DNA of 64,000 bases, from positions 173,858 through 237,857 of the forward strand of contig CAWJHF010000002.1 in assembly GCA_963842445.1 (NCBI GenBank), in the 5' to 3' direction. This document shows, in pieces, positions 19,201 through 28,531 of the stretch. The position numbers were made by a program, and so were the translations under genes. The DNA is from an uncultured Verrucomicrobiae bacterium (GTDB lineage: Bacteria; Verrucomicrobiota; Verrucomicrobiia; Limisphaerales; UBA11358). Every line of letters begins with the position of its first letter. Within the stretch, counting starts at the first letter, position 1. The notes under the pieces were generated by a model. It was not told the DNA's origin. It made no database searches and was given only the letters and a program-made list of their open reading frames with translations.

Positions 19201-19432
19201 CTCCCAAGCGGATGAAGAAGTGCCGTTGAATTCTGCGTTGCTCCGCAAGGCAATGGAGGAAGCTAACAAACGAGCCGCCAGTCGGATCATTGTCAAAGTT
19301 CACGGTCAACACGGGCTACTGTTGGGCCTGCTAAATCAACGCCGTTGGTGGACACAGACACGAGCCGAGTTGTGTGGCCAACACATCGTGCGACACCACC
19401 TTGGCGCTTTCGGTCTTGCCGAACAAACATGA
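16238..19432 (+). CDS. Large gamma-class N6-adenine DNA methyltransferase (type IIG/PglX-like architecture, 1064 aa)
   Basis: Motifs VHYTPRTIARLIV, motif I VLDAACGAGIFLV and motif IV DIVLGNPPWTRL. Long N- and C-terminal extensions. Confidence 0.85.
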   Translation: MNSGQLKLVDDRPLSERLRAYGCTDFVRLDDGLTTPEQLDYLDLLPRRSTSPVTAVVEHQGTALLYLVDACGNITTDATTLAQLQRQLANRSDPAWLGVLRPGSLEIHPIGFHESSTTVPVETVVEKDDRAPFFFQSLAHGTFAQNERLKGSDYVFKKIYGLLTQTTDAYVPDNKLEPLEVLSMAGRALFFRFLIDRRIVLRDERKEICPASDGLKDAFANAEKAAMTSAWLDQTFNGDFLQLIDESISADDRTARQDAYLQFYRRIERRAGKKFFDHLHAILNGWHATGGGIQQELDWGDLDFAHIPVGVLSQVYESFSHRADARTAKKTSVHYTPRTIARLIVDQTFAAAKDPANARVLDAACGAGIFLVLAFRRLVRERWQHDEQRPDTKAIQQILYGQLRGFDISESALRLAALALYITAIEVNGTQRPPKVLKFPRNLRNEVLHYFGDVPPAKDTAAKQPAKATFTLGSLGPRVSSEFNKSFDIVLGNPPWTRLREDEPQNTEQRAAGRAAKKEPAKVETDLLNEEFTAIGQRVLRVRGLAELADSYENPDKNPDLPFLWRATEWAKDGGLIAFALPARIFGRTTGKGYKAWRAVLHSISLTGLINGADLRKTAVWEGIDMPFCLLFARNALPQNKHRFYYATPLYEPEQNRDGRFRIDYEATQPVSIERVEKQPWILKTLSLGTWRDVEVMEKLTKAFQRTLADEWRVWNPKADKTHQGYNRSPNLKQKSAMFFKELKDFEPPQEGFNIQYSELKSYFKKYKTNSAHGPRTEALYAAPLVIVPKAPGDVVNRPKAYLSRKPLTFSQSYYGYSCNGHPDAKTLAALIYLIPQSDLFRYFTLMVSVSQGADHMIFTKQDLDTLPFPDVAKLPAQTKNAIRKLARRLERDAKKPWDEIDSLLFRLYGLQDNAIQVVRETLFAAAAYRRQGRAALDRTTRKDRAPFRNTLRELLEPYFDVCGQHVAVEEPKSQPDAWEQPWFFVAISQADEEVPLNSALLRKAMEEANKRAASRIIVKVHGQHGLLLGLLNQRRWWTQTRAELCGQHIVRHHLGAFGLAEQT

Positions 19433-20181
19433 GTCTGGCCGAAGGAAATGGTTTGTTCGCGCTCGGCATTCCACCGGAGCAGTTTAATTTGCCGCATCCA
19501 CGTCTTGATTTGCCAGTCATTTTGCTCGTCCGCCGTGTTCTGTTGTTTGCTTTTGACTTGTTACGCGAGCGCGGCTTTGCGCTTGTGACCGCCAAAGAAG
19601 ATGAGGTCACTGCGGCACTGCGGGCGATTATCGAAAACGACCTGAGACAAACAGGGAAGGTAGCAGGTTTTGGTCGCCTGACTTACGAAACCGTCGTTCG
19701 GCAAGGTCAGGTTATCAATTTTGACCTGACCAAACTGACGAAAACGCCAGACCTGTGCTTCAAACTCCGCAACGATGAAGAAGAACCACGACAGGTGCTT
19801 TCCGAACACGAAGCACTCTTTGTCGAATGCAAGCCGGTGGACGAAACCCACGCCGTAGGTGGCAGGTATTGTGATGACGGTTTGTGTCGTTTCGTCGAAG
19901 GCGACTACGCTTGGGCGATGCAGGAGGGACTCATGCTTGGGTACGCACGCCACGGTCGCACCATCGCGGAACATCTCATCCCTGTAATGGAAGAAGCGGT
20001 GCGGCGCATGAAATTAAAAACAGTCAAAGCCCCGCAGGAAATCAAGCACCCTGGAGCGGTCGCGTGCGAACACGCCGAAGCTCTGCATGTAAGCCGTCAT
20101 AACCGTGGGTTTGCATGGGTAGCAAACAAAGGTCCGGCCACTGATATTTTCATTTATCACTCGTGGCACGACTGCGGATGA
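19429..20181 (+). CDS. PD-(D/E)xK-type nuclease-fold protein, candidate restriction partner of the methyltransferase
   Basis: ATGA overlap with the upstream stop. TPDLCFKL...ALFVECKPV fits PD...ExK. Confidence 0.5.
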   Translation: MSLAEGNGLFALGIPPEQFNLPHPRLDLPVILLVRRVLLFAFDLLRERGFALVTAKEDEVTAALRAIIENDLRQTGKVAGFGRLTYETVVRQGQVINFDLTKLTKTPDLCFKLRNDEEEPRQVLSEHEALFVECKPVDETHAVGGRYCDDGLCRFVEGDYAWAMQEGLMLGYARHGRTIAEHLIPVMEEAVRRMKLKTVKAPQEIKHPGAVACEHAEALHVSRHNRGFAWVANKGPATDIFIYHSWHDCG

Positions 20182-20214
20182 AACGCTGGCACATGCCATA
20201 ACCATCGGTCCCGA

Positions 20215-21015
20215 CTACTCCCCGGTTCTCGTGTCGCCTTCGCCGGTATGGTCTTTACTGAAGGCACTGAAGGATGAGTAATTTTTGATGCGCTTGCCAC
20301 GGTTGATGCTCCCAAGTTGTGTCCGATCAATCCTGCGCTGTAGAAGATCGACCAGCTCATCGAAACGGGCGATGGGTATCCGTTCCCAGTCCGCCTTGAA
20401 TTCCTTTTTGATGATCCTGTAAATGGCGGCAAATGAAAAGTCGGTGCGTCCCGCCTGCTTGCTCGCAAAATCATTGTAACGGTCAATCAGATGCTTAACG
20501 TAATTGCGGCGGACCAAATCTGAACCGAGACTGCCCTCGACGGGGAGAAACTTCGGACTTCCCTTGGATTGGCGGATCGTCACGTTGTCAGCTTGAATTG
20601 ACCCCGGACTGTTCAGCATCACATGCCCTCCAGCCGTAATATAAACGGCCCGGTAGTCTCTCAGGATGGCTTCCACTTTTCGGGCGTCCGATTGCGAGAG
20701 GTCGATAGAGCCGTTTTTCTCATGAGCCTCCTTCATCTGACGTAGAAACTCGACCGTGTAGGTCTTCGGGTCGGAATCAATAAGCTTGCTGTGCCTGGCG
20801 CACATCAAAATCAGGTTCGCATGGCCATGTCGTTCTTCAGTGGGCTGCTTGGAGTCGTAACGGGGGCCTCCCTTACTCCGTGCCTTGATGTGGCAGACGA
20901 TGCCTGTGACAACGCCTGAATCTTCAACGATTGGAAGCTCACATTGAGGGAAGGCGCATCGGTTGTTCGATAGTACAAAGAGCCTTTTGAGCGTCGAAAG
21001 CAACGGTTCGTTCAT
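20215..21015 (-). CDS. HNH endonuclease-domain protein
   Basis: CAFPQCELP...VCHIKARSKGGPRYDSKQPTEERHGHANLILMCARHSKLID carries Cys pairs plus an H-N-H pattern. The ATG at 21015 avoids overlap with the hsdR stop at 21032. Confidence 0.7.
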   Translation of the reverse strand: MNEPLLSTLKRLFVLSNNRCAFPQCELPIVEDSGVVTGIVCHIKARSKGGPRYDSKQPTEERHGHANLILMCARHSKLIDSDPKTYTVEFLRQMKEAHEKNGSIDLSQSDARKVEAILRDYRAVYITAGGHVMLNSPGSIQADNVTIRQSKGSPKFLPVEGSLGSDLVRRNYVKHLIDRYNDFASKQAGRTDFSFAAIYRIIKKEFKADWERIPIARFDELVDLLQRRIDRTQLGSINRGKRIKNYSSFSAFSKDHTGEGDTRTGE

Positions 21016-21031
21016 ATCAACCTGAGTCGGC

Positions 21032-23989
21032 TCAATAATACTGCCGGATGTATTCGTAGGCCCGGTCAAAAAGCTCCTGCTCCCGGTGAAGCTGGTATTT
21101 CAGCAGCGTGCTCCGCAGCGCCCGCTTGATCTCGCGCTCGCCACCCGTGGTCTGCTGCCAACCGTCGAACCGCACGGCTCGGACAATGGCGTCAATGTCG
21201 CTGACAACGCGCTCGACCATCACCGGCGTCTTGGTGTTTTTGGCCGCTTTGAACAACTCCGTCAACGCGGCTTTGCCGCGATCCTGTTCCTGCGTTGGGA
21301 CGACTTCCTTTTCAGCGGCCACCACATCCTTGGCCAACTCCAGCAGCAGCTTCAGGAACGCCAGGCTGGTCAGGAGGCCCTTCTCGTGGCGCTCCTTCAA
21401 TTCCTCCAACCGCTGGCCCAGAGCGATGAATTTCGGATTCTTCGAGTGTTTTCGGATGCGGGCAATGATGTTGATCTCGATCAGCTTGATCTTGGTCGGG
21501 TCCTGAGACTCGATAATTTCCTTCAGCAGGTTTTCGTCCATCACCAGGGTTTCGAGGTTGTCTTGGACCGCTTCAACGTGGACGTTCTGATGGATCAATT
21601 CCACCGTTTTCGCGCCGAGCGTATGCCACAGCAGCTTGCCGTTACCACTGGGCGGTTTCACCGATTCGTACACCTGGCCGAGCCAGCGGTAATCGTCCTC
21701 ATAGGGTTTCAGGCACGAATCCGGCGACAATGCCTCCCACACCCTGGCAAAAACTGAAAAATCCGCAGCGAAAGCATCGCGCTTTTCATTATTCGGCAGG
21801 CATTGCTGCGCGGCGATCAGACCCTCGTAGCCGCTGACCTTCCGGTTCACGCCGGGGAAATAATCCACGCACTTTTTCCAGATCACCGATAATTGTGCTT
21901 TCACTTCCTCCAGGTTGGTGATGACCAGTCGGATGGATTTCTCGTCAAACATCAGCGCCCGGCCCACGTCGTCGAAAATGCCCAGGTAATCCACCACCAG
22001 GCCGTGCGTCTTGCCGGTGTACGGGCGATTCGTCCGGCAGATGGCCTGCAACAGCGTGTGATCCTTCATCGGCTTGTCCAGGTACATCGCCTGAAGAATT
22101 GGCGCGTCAAAGCCGGTCAGCAATTTCGATGTGACGATCAAGAATTTCAACGGGTGATTCGGGTCGCGGAAATTATCCAGGAGCCGCTCCTCGTCGTCCT
22201 TGCTGCGCTCGTAAAGCTTTTTATATTCCGTTTCGCCGCTGGCCACGGTCATCACGACGGCACTTGCTTCAGGCGGCAAAATCTTATCGAACTCCTGCTT
22301 AAACAAATGGCAGGACTCGCGGTCGAACGTCACCACCTGGGCTTTGAAACCGTTCGGCTCCACTTTCGTTTCGTAGTGCTCCACGATGTCCTTCACCAGC
22401 GTCTGAATGCGCTCCGGCGACTTAACCAGCACGCCCATTTTGGCGGCCATCTTTGACAGGTCCGCCGCGTCTTCTTCCGACATGTCGCTGGTAATGTTCT
22501 TAAACGCTTCATCAATCGCGTCCTTGTCTATGCGCAGTTGGACCAGCCTGGCCTCAAAATGCAGCGGCAGCGTGGCCTTGTCGCGGATGGATTCCTCGAA
22601 CGAATACTTGCTCATGTACCCATTGCCATCCTCGGCGGCACCAAACGCCCAAAACGTGTTCCGGTCGGCGCGGTTGATTGGCGTGCCGGTCAGGCCGAAC
22701 AGGAAAGCATTGGGCAGCGCCTCGCGCATTTTCCGGCCAAGGTCACCTTCCTGGGTCCGGTGCGCCTCGTCCACCATGACGATGATGTTCTTGCGGTCGT
22801 TCAGAACGCCGGGTGCTTCACCAAACTTGTGAATCGTGGTGATGATGATCTTCCGCACGTCCTGGGCCAGCAACTGACGCAGGTCATTGCGCGTGACGGC
22901 GGGAGCAACATTTGGGATGTCTGACGCGCTGAACGTGGCGGTGATCTGCGTATCCAGGTCGATTCGGTCCACCACAATGATGACGGTGGGATTTTGCAGA
23001 GCTGGATGCAGCCGCAACTTCTGCGCGGCAAAAACCATGAGCAGCGACTTTCCCGATCCCTGGAAATGCCAGATCAACCCTTTTTTCACGCGCCCCTCCA
23101 GCACGCGCTCGACGATCTGGTTCACCGCTTCGTATTGCTGGTAGCGACTGATAATTTTGATTTTCCGCCGTTTTTTGTCCGTGGCGAACAACGTGAAGCT
23201 GCCCAGGATGTCCAGCACCACTTCAGGCCGTAACATGCTCTCCACCGCCGTCCGCATCTCGCTCAAGCCGCCATGCTCGCCCTGCTCGGAATCCCGCCAG
23301 GGTGCCCATAGGTCCAGCGGCATACGGATCGAACCAAACCGGTACGTTTTGCCCTCTGTTGCGAAGGAAAAGACATTCGGAACAAACAACGCCGGGATGT
23401 TGACCTCGTAATCGTTCAGGATGTCGTCCGCCGCGTCCACCCAACTGATGGCCGGGCGCACCGGCGTCTTCGTCTCGCCCACGATCACGGGGATGCCGTT
23501 GACGAACAGCACCAGATCAGGCCGGAGTTTCTTGGCTGAGTAAACAAACTGCTGTGTACAGACGAACCGGTTGTTGCCCAAGGTCTCGAAATCAATCAGT
23601 CGGACGGGCGTGTGCTCGTTGTTTGGGCCGAACGGCATGGACCGCTCACCGCGCAGCCAGGCGGTGAATTCCTCATTGGCCCGGACCAGGCCGTCGCTCT
23701 GGACCGACAGCAGGATGGCCCGGAGTTTGTAAAAGACCTCATCGGCCCGGTCGGGCTTTTCGGCGATCTCTGGATTCAGCCGGATCAGCGCCTCACGTAG
23801 ATGCGGCTCAACCAGCACATCGTTGAAGTCACGGGGTAGTTGGTCGGCGGGGATGAAATGCCATCCCAGGCCCGCCGCCAGCGCCGGTAGCGATGCGCCT
23901 TTGAACAATGGCTCCCGCACCGCAGCGTCCTGTTTACCGCAGAGCAGATCACGGACATAATCCTCAACGCTGTTGGCTTCGTTAAACAT
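21032..23989 (-). CDS. hsdR: Type I restriction enzyme R subunit
   Basis: Motifs IWHFQGSGKSL, IIVMVDEAHRTQ, LLTGFDAP and QAICRTNR. 985 aa, with an 8-nt overlap with hsdS. Confidence 0.92.
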   Translation of the reverse strand: MFNEANSVEDYVRDLLCGKQDAAVREPLFKGASLPALAAGLGWHFIPADQLPRDFNDVLVEPHLREALIRLNPEIAEKPDRADEVFYKLRAILLSVQSDGLVRANEEFTAWLRGERSMPFGPNNEHTPVRLIDFETLGNNRFVCTQQFVYSAKKLRPDLVLFVNGIPVIVGETKTPVRPAISWVDAADDILNDYEVNIPALFVPNVFSFATEGKTYRFGSIRMPLDLWAPWRDSEQGEHGGLSEMRTAVESMLRPEVVLDILGSFTLFATDKKRRKIKIISRYQQYEAVNQIVERVLEGRVKKGLIWHFQGSGKSLLMVFAAQKLRLHPALQNPTVIIVVDRIDLDTQITATFSASDIPNVAPAVTRNDLRQLLAQDVRKIIITTIHKFGEAPGVLNDRKNIIVMVDEAHRTQEGDLGRKMREALPNAFLFGLTGTPINRADRNTFWAFGAAEDGNGYMSKYSFEESIRDKATLPLHFEARLVQLRIDKDAIDEAFKNITSDMSEEDAADLSKMAAKMGVLVKSPERIQTLVKDIVEHYETKVEPNGFKAQVVTFDRESCHLFKQEFDKILPPEASAVVMTVASGETEYKKLYERSKDDEERLLDNFRDPNHPLKFLIVTSKLLTGFDAPILQAMYLDKPMKDHTLLQAICRTNRPYTGKTHGLVVDYLGIFDDVGRALMFDEKSIRLVITNLEEVKAQLSVIWKKCVDYFPGVNRKVSGYEGLIAAQQCLPNNEKRDAFAADFSVFARVWEALSPDSCLKPYEDDYRWLGQVYESVKPPSGNGKLLWHTLGAKTVELIHQNVHVEAVQDNLETLVMDENLLKEIIESQDPTKIKLIEINIIARIRKHSKNPKFIALGQRLEELKERHEKGLLTSLAFLKLLLELAKDVVAAEKEVVPTQEQDRGKAALTELFKAAKNTKTPVMVERVVSDIDAIVRAVRFDGWQQTTGGEREIKRALRSTLLKYQLHREQELFDRAYEYIRQYY

Positions 23990-25190
23990 GCTCGATCAAC
24001 TCCTTTCGCAGACTGGTCGCCAGAGCCTCACAATTGCTCAGGTGATGCTGGAGCCTTCTCATGCGCTCCTGCACCGCTGCGAGCTTCTCGACAAAAGAAT
24101 CCTGCTGGCTTCGCGGAATCGGAGGAACTGGAAATTTTCGGAGGACAGTTGAGTTGATGGTGTGAAGTCCACTCGTGCTCTTGGCGCGACTACGGAAATA
24201 TGAACAGCCTTCGGAGCTGTTCATCAAGGCAACCAGGTATCTCGGATTGAGTTCGTCGCAGCACCTCGCTCGAAGAATATGGTTCTGATGTAGGCAGATT
24301 GGAATTTCGTCCGACCAGATGGCGGCTCGACCAATGGCATTTTTGTCGGCATGGCCTTCGACCACGAGCACGTCGTCCCTGAGAAGCTGGAACCTGGATA
24401 TTTCGTTGGCCTCACAGCCGATGGTCCTCATTTCCTCTAAATTCAAGAAACCGCGTCCGACGTTTGCCACACGAAGGTAAGGATAGACGGAAGAAATGGC
24501 GCGTCGTTTTCCGTCCACTGTGAGTCCATAGGCCACGGTGGAAAGTGTATCCAAGCTGACCATACGCAGATCAGCCGTAGCTTGAAAACGCTCATGGACT
24601 ACTGCTTCAACTACCTGCTCTGCGGCCTTCGCCGAATCTTCAACTGAAGTCCTTTGGTTTTCTGCGGCCCACAGAATCTCCGCAATCCGGCGCTGCTCAT
24701 CCTTCGGTGGGATCACGAACTCGTAGCGAGACAGGTCTTGCCATTTCGTGCGCGGTGACAACGATCCCGCCGACGTGTCCAGGGCGTGTTGCCAGAAACG
24801 CTCGGCCAGCATGATGAACGGAAGTAGTTCGGAAATCAGGTCATCATTTTTCGGCTCGAACACCAGGATGTCGCCGGAGCAGATGCCGTCAAACTCTGCC
24901 ACAGCCAGCTTGCGCTGATACGCCCGCCGTTTGCCAAACAACACCTGGCCCGAACGGAACCGTCGCGTGAACGTCGTGCCCTCCTCAATGTCAGCCCATC
25001 GTTTGATGTGCAACGATCCAGGGTCGAGATGATCCAGCCCCACGACCCGCTCGATACCCGCCGCTTGCGGATCAGTCACCGTGTCGTTGACACACTCCAC
25101 CACGTCACCAAACTTCACCCGCCGCCAGTCAGACTTGAGATTCTGGCTGCCGTTGGCCTGCGCGTTTGATTTGGTCGGCTTACTTGGCAT
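23982..25190 (-). CDS. hsdS: Type I restriction-modification specificity subunit
   Basis: Two-half architecture with conserved-region motifs PPKDEQRRIAEIL and PVPPIPRSQQDSFVEKL. Positioned directly upstream of hsdR. Confidence 0.8.
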   Translation of the reverse strand: MPSKPTKSNAQANGSQNLKSDWRRVKFGDVVECVNDTVTDPQAAGIERVVGLDHLDPGSLHIKRWADIEEGTTFTRRFRSGQVLFGKRRAYQRKLAVAEFDGICSGDILVFEPKNDDLISELLPFIMLAERFWQHALDTSAGSLSPRTKWQDLSRYEFVIPPKDEQRRIAEILWAAENQRTSVEDSAKAAEQVVEAVVHERFQATADLRMVSLDTLSTVAYGLTVDGKRRAISSVYPYLRVANVGRGFLNLEEMRTIGCEANEISRFQLLRDDVLVVEGHADKNAIGRAAIWSDEIPICLHQNHILRARCCDELNPRYLVALMNSSEGCSYFRSRAKSTSGLHTINSTVLRKFPVPPIPRSQQDSFVEKLAAVQERMRRLQHHLSNCEALATSLRKELIEHV

Positions 25191-25238
25191 CAGCAGGAAC
25201 TGTGGTTTTCTGTGTAGGTTTGAGCCGCACGCTCATGG

Positions 25239-26999
25239 TTACCGGAGTTTTTTATGCACCCATCGCCATTGCGTGTAGGCGCGTTCCATACACTTTTCAA
25301 AAGCGGTGTTCGTGCGAAGAAATCCGAAATTCCCTTCGGCCACACGGTCTTTATACTCTTTGTTGTCGGTTAGCCAACTCATTAGCATCCTACAGCGAGC
25401 CGTGGCCAGGTAACTAAGTTTGTTCACAAAATCCGCTTCGACGCTCAGGCTCGTGCCATATCGGTCTGCCAATTCTGCCAGTGCGGAGTCATTAAGCACG
25501 CCCTGGCAAAGCAGTGCCCATAAAAGCCCACGGGCGCGGCTGATGTAGCTGTAGCGATTGGGGCCTTTTTCTACGATGTCATTCATTAGTCGGCGGAGGC
25601 GGTAATGAATTTTGTAGCAGAGTACAATATGGCGAGTGTCAGCCTGGATTCGCGCTTCGTTGAATGCTAGGCCGTAGATGCGGTCGTCCTCAAATACCTG
25701 CGCCATACTCTGCGTTTTATCCACTTCGCCTTCCGTTAAGAGAAATGTCTGCGCCAGCGGTCGAATCTGAATGGGTTTGATTTCTGTGATGCCCTCCTCA
25801 TCCAAATTATCCAACGCCTCGAAAGCGTTCTCCTGGCGCTCATAGAATATGCCCAAGTCATCTTTGAACTTTTCCTGTAATTGAAGCTGGATCAGGTCAT
25901 TGGCCCGAAGATTCCATGGCTCTACGGGATTTTGACGGTTATTATTGATTGTAACGCTGGTGAAGAAGTCAGACGTGGCCTTAGTGATGATTTTGCACAG
26001 GACGCGCACTTCGTCCAAAGCCTGCTTCCGTTCCTCGACAAGTGGGTTCTCGGCGTTCGCCTTGATGAACTCGTCGAAAGTAGTCACCGTCTGAGCACCG
26101 TTAAGCAGTCTTGGCGATGTGATGTGATAGTTACTGTCGATTTTCTCAAGGTGTTCGGCTGCGAGCGTGATACCATTGTGGTTGAAGGCAAAGACCAACG
26201 GAGATTCGCCATCGACCGCAATCTGCTTGAGCGCCCGCGAGAGCGCCCGGTTGACCGACCGGTTCATTCCAAGTCCAAAACGAATGTTGCGCTCGAAAAA
26301 CCGAGGTCCCATGTCTCGGTGCATGAAATTCAAGTCGGTCAATCGAATGAAGCCGACATACATCTGTTCACCTGCCGGACCTGGGCGCTCAATTAACTCA
26401 GTCAAGGGAAGTTGATAAACACGGGCGCGGGTGTGGTCTTCCACCGTGCCGATTTTGCCCGTGACGGAACGAAACTCGACCAAAAAACTGACCTGCCTGC
26501 CCTCAAAGAACTTGTCGATGAGAAACTTTTTGTTTTCAAGGTCTTCCCGGAGATGGTCGAGCACCGGGCTTTTGTCTGCTTCAGCGGGGTCACCGGTAAA
26601 GATGAACCGCAAACACACCTGCTTGATGGCCTCACGGTTCTCCAACATGCAACTGCGAAGTTGAAGCAGAATCTGATTTTTCGCCGGGTCAGCCTTTTGT
26701 GGCTTCGAGAAAATCACTTCCATGCCCTCATCGATCAATCGTTGCATCGAGCCTTTGAATTGAGCGTGAGATTTGGAGTATTTGAACTGGAACAGGTAAA
26801 GATTCCTTTTTTCGGGATCGAAGTGAAAGCCGTCCAGTCCGTAGTCGTTTCCGCCAAATGCGACTTGATTGAGGACCTGCTCTCGCGGCACTTTGTAATC
26901 TCGCTCCAACACCAAAAGCCCGAAGTAGTCATTGCGTACGCCTCCGCATGTATCTTTCAAATCGGAATATGCTTGGTCAATCATTCGGTCTGTTATCAT
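25239..26999 (-). CDS. AIPR-family (abortive infection phage resistance) protein
   Basis: N-terminal nuclease-like DYGLDGFHFD...LYLFQFKYS, and central FNHNGITLAA / LLNGAQTVTTF typical of AIPR. Embedded between hsdM and hsdS. Confidence 0.7.
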   Translation of the reverse strand: MITDRMIDQAYSDLKDTCGGVRNDYFGLLVLERDYKVPREQVLNQVAFGGNDYGLDGFHFDPEKRNLYLFQFKYSKSHAQFKGSMQRLIDEGMEVIFSKPQKADPAKNQILLQLRSCMLENREAIKQVCLRFIFTGDPAEADKSPVLDHLREDLENKKFLIDKFFEGRQVSFLVEFRSVTGKIGTVEDHTRARVYQLPLTELIERPGPAGEQMYVGFIRLTDLNFMHRDMGPRFFERNIRFGLGMNRSVNRALSRALKQIAVDGESPLVFAFNHNGITLAAEHLEKIDSNYHITSPRLLNGAQTVTTFDEFIKANAENPLVEERKQALDEVRVLCKIITKATSDFFTSVTINNNRQNPVEPWNLRANDLIQLQLQEKFKDDLGIFYERQENAFEALDNLDEEGITEIKPIQIRPLAQTFLLTEGEVDKTQSMAQVFEDDRIYGLAFNEARIQADTRHIVLCYKIHYRLRRLMNDIVEKGPNRYSYISRARGLLWALLCQGVLNDSALAELADRYGTSLSVEADFVNKLSYLATARCRMLMSWLTDNKEYKDRVAEGNFGFLRTNTAFEKCMERAYTQWRWVHKKLR

Positions 27000-27027
27000 T
27001 TTCGTTTTCCTTTCCGGTTTTCAGAAG

Positions 27028-28530
27028 TTACCCACGCATGTCAGTATGATTTAAAATCACAAGGAGGTTGTCCATTGACGACCGCAGAGCCGCTGAACTT
27101 GTTTGCCATACCTCGATGACCTTTGCCAGCGGTTTTTCGGTCGCGGTGGTTGTTGCGCCGTTGGCGTTGAGCCGGATGTAAAGCGGGATGCTCAAGTTGG
27201 CCTTGTTGGCGCGGATTTCATCCAGTGGCACGGCGCGGGCAAAACCATCCACGTCGGCGAACGATTGATAGGTCGTCAGGATTTTTTGGATGTGATTTTC
27301 TTCCAGAAAACTCTGCGCTCGTTCACGGGTGACTTCGTTTACGGCATTGATGAATAAAATCTTGTTTTTCCGCGCCTTGGGTTTTGCCGTCCGGCACACC
27401 ACCACGCACGCCTCCATCGGCGAGTTGTAAAACAAGTTGGGACCCAGGCCCAGGACACATTCAATCTGGTCTCTGTCCACGAGCTTGGCCCGCATCTCTT
27501 GTTCCTCGTCCCGGAACAGCACGCCGTGTGGGAACAGGATCGCGCACCGGCCCGTCTTCGGCTTTAGGCTGGCCAGGATGTGGCCGAGGAAGGCGTAGTC
27601 CGCTCGACCCTGCGGCGGCGTGCCCAGGGAATTGCGCCCGAAACGGTCGGATGACCAGGCGGTGCGGTCCCACTGCTTGATGGAGTACGGAGGATTGGCC
27701 AGCGCCAGGTCAAATTGCCGGAGCCGGTCGCCATCCGTGAAAGCCGGAGCCGCCAGCGTATCGCCGCGCACGATTTTGAAATCCTCGATGCCATGCAGGA
27801 ACATGTTCATCCGGGCGATGGAACTGGTCATCAGGTTGCGCTCCTGGCCGTATGCTTTGAGATTGCGCCATTCTTTGCCGCGTGTCCTGACTTCGGCGAT
27901 GGCTGACAGCAACATGCCGCCAGTGCCGCAGGTCGGATCGTAGATGGAGTCCCCCGGCTGCGGATCAAGCATCAACGTCATCAGGTGGACCAAAGTGCGG
28001 TTCGTATAAAACTCGGCGGCGGTGTGGCCGCTGTCGTCGGCGAATTTTTTAATCAGAAATTCATACGCATTGCCCAGTTCGTCTTCCGGCACGTTGGCAA
28101 TAGAGAGGTTCAGCGTGGAATAGTGCTCGATCAGGTCTTTGAGCATTTTATCCGGCAGCCGCTCGGTGTTGGTCCACTGCGCGTCACCGAAAATGCCGAA
28201 TAGCGTTTCCGGGTTGGCCTTCTCGATGTCCCGCATCGCGTCCTGGATGCCCTTGCCGATGTTTTTGGGCCGGTTCCGCACATCCCGCCAGTGAGCGCCT
28301 GGCGGCACCTGAAAGCGGTGGTTTTCCGCAAACGTGGCGAAGTCAGCGTCGCCGCTGGATTGTTTCAACGCCTTTTCATATTCCTCATCGTAAACGTCAC
28401 AGAGCCGCTTGAAGAACAGGAGCGGGAAGATGAACTGTTTGTAGTCGCCAGCGTCAATGAAACCACGGAGAAGCGTGGCCGCGCCCCACAGGTAGGATTC
28501 GAGTTGCTGTTGGGTGATGTGGGTGTTCAT
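27028..28530 (-). CDS. hsdM: Type I R-M N6-adenine DNA methyltransferase subunit (copy 1)
   Basis: N-terminal HsdM_N-like LWGAATLLRG...FIFPLLFFKRL, motif I DPTCGTGGML and motif IV LANPPYS. Note FYTNR where FYTPR is usual. Confidence 0.92.
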   Translation of the reverse strand: MNTHITQQQLESYLWGAATLLRGFIDAGDYKQFIFPLLFFKRLCDVYDEEYEKALKQSSGDADFATFAENHRFQVPPGAHWRDVRNRPKNIGKGIQDAMRDIEKANPETLFGIFGDAQWTNTERLPDKMLKDLIEHYSTLNLSIANVPEDELGNAYEFLIKKFADDSGHTAAEFYTNRTLVHLMTLMLDPQPGDSIYDPTCGTGGMLLSAIAEVRTRGKEWRNLKAYGQERNLMTSSIARMNMFLHGIEDFKIVRGDTLAAPAFTDGDRLRQFDLALANPPYSIKQWDRTAWSSDRFGRNSLGTPPQGRADYAFLGHILASLKPKTGRCAILFPHGVLFRDEEQEMRAKLVDRDQIECVLGLGPNLFYNSPMEACVVVCRTAKPKARKNKILFINAVNEVTRERAQSFLEENHIQKILTTYQSFADVDGFARAVPLDEIRANKANLSIPLYIRLNANGATTTATEKPLAKVIEVWQTSSAALRSSMDNLLVILNHTDMRG

Positions 28531-28531
28531 A

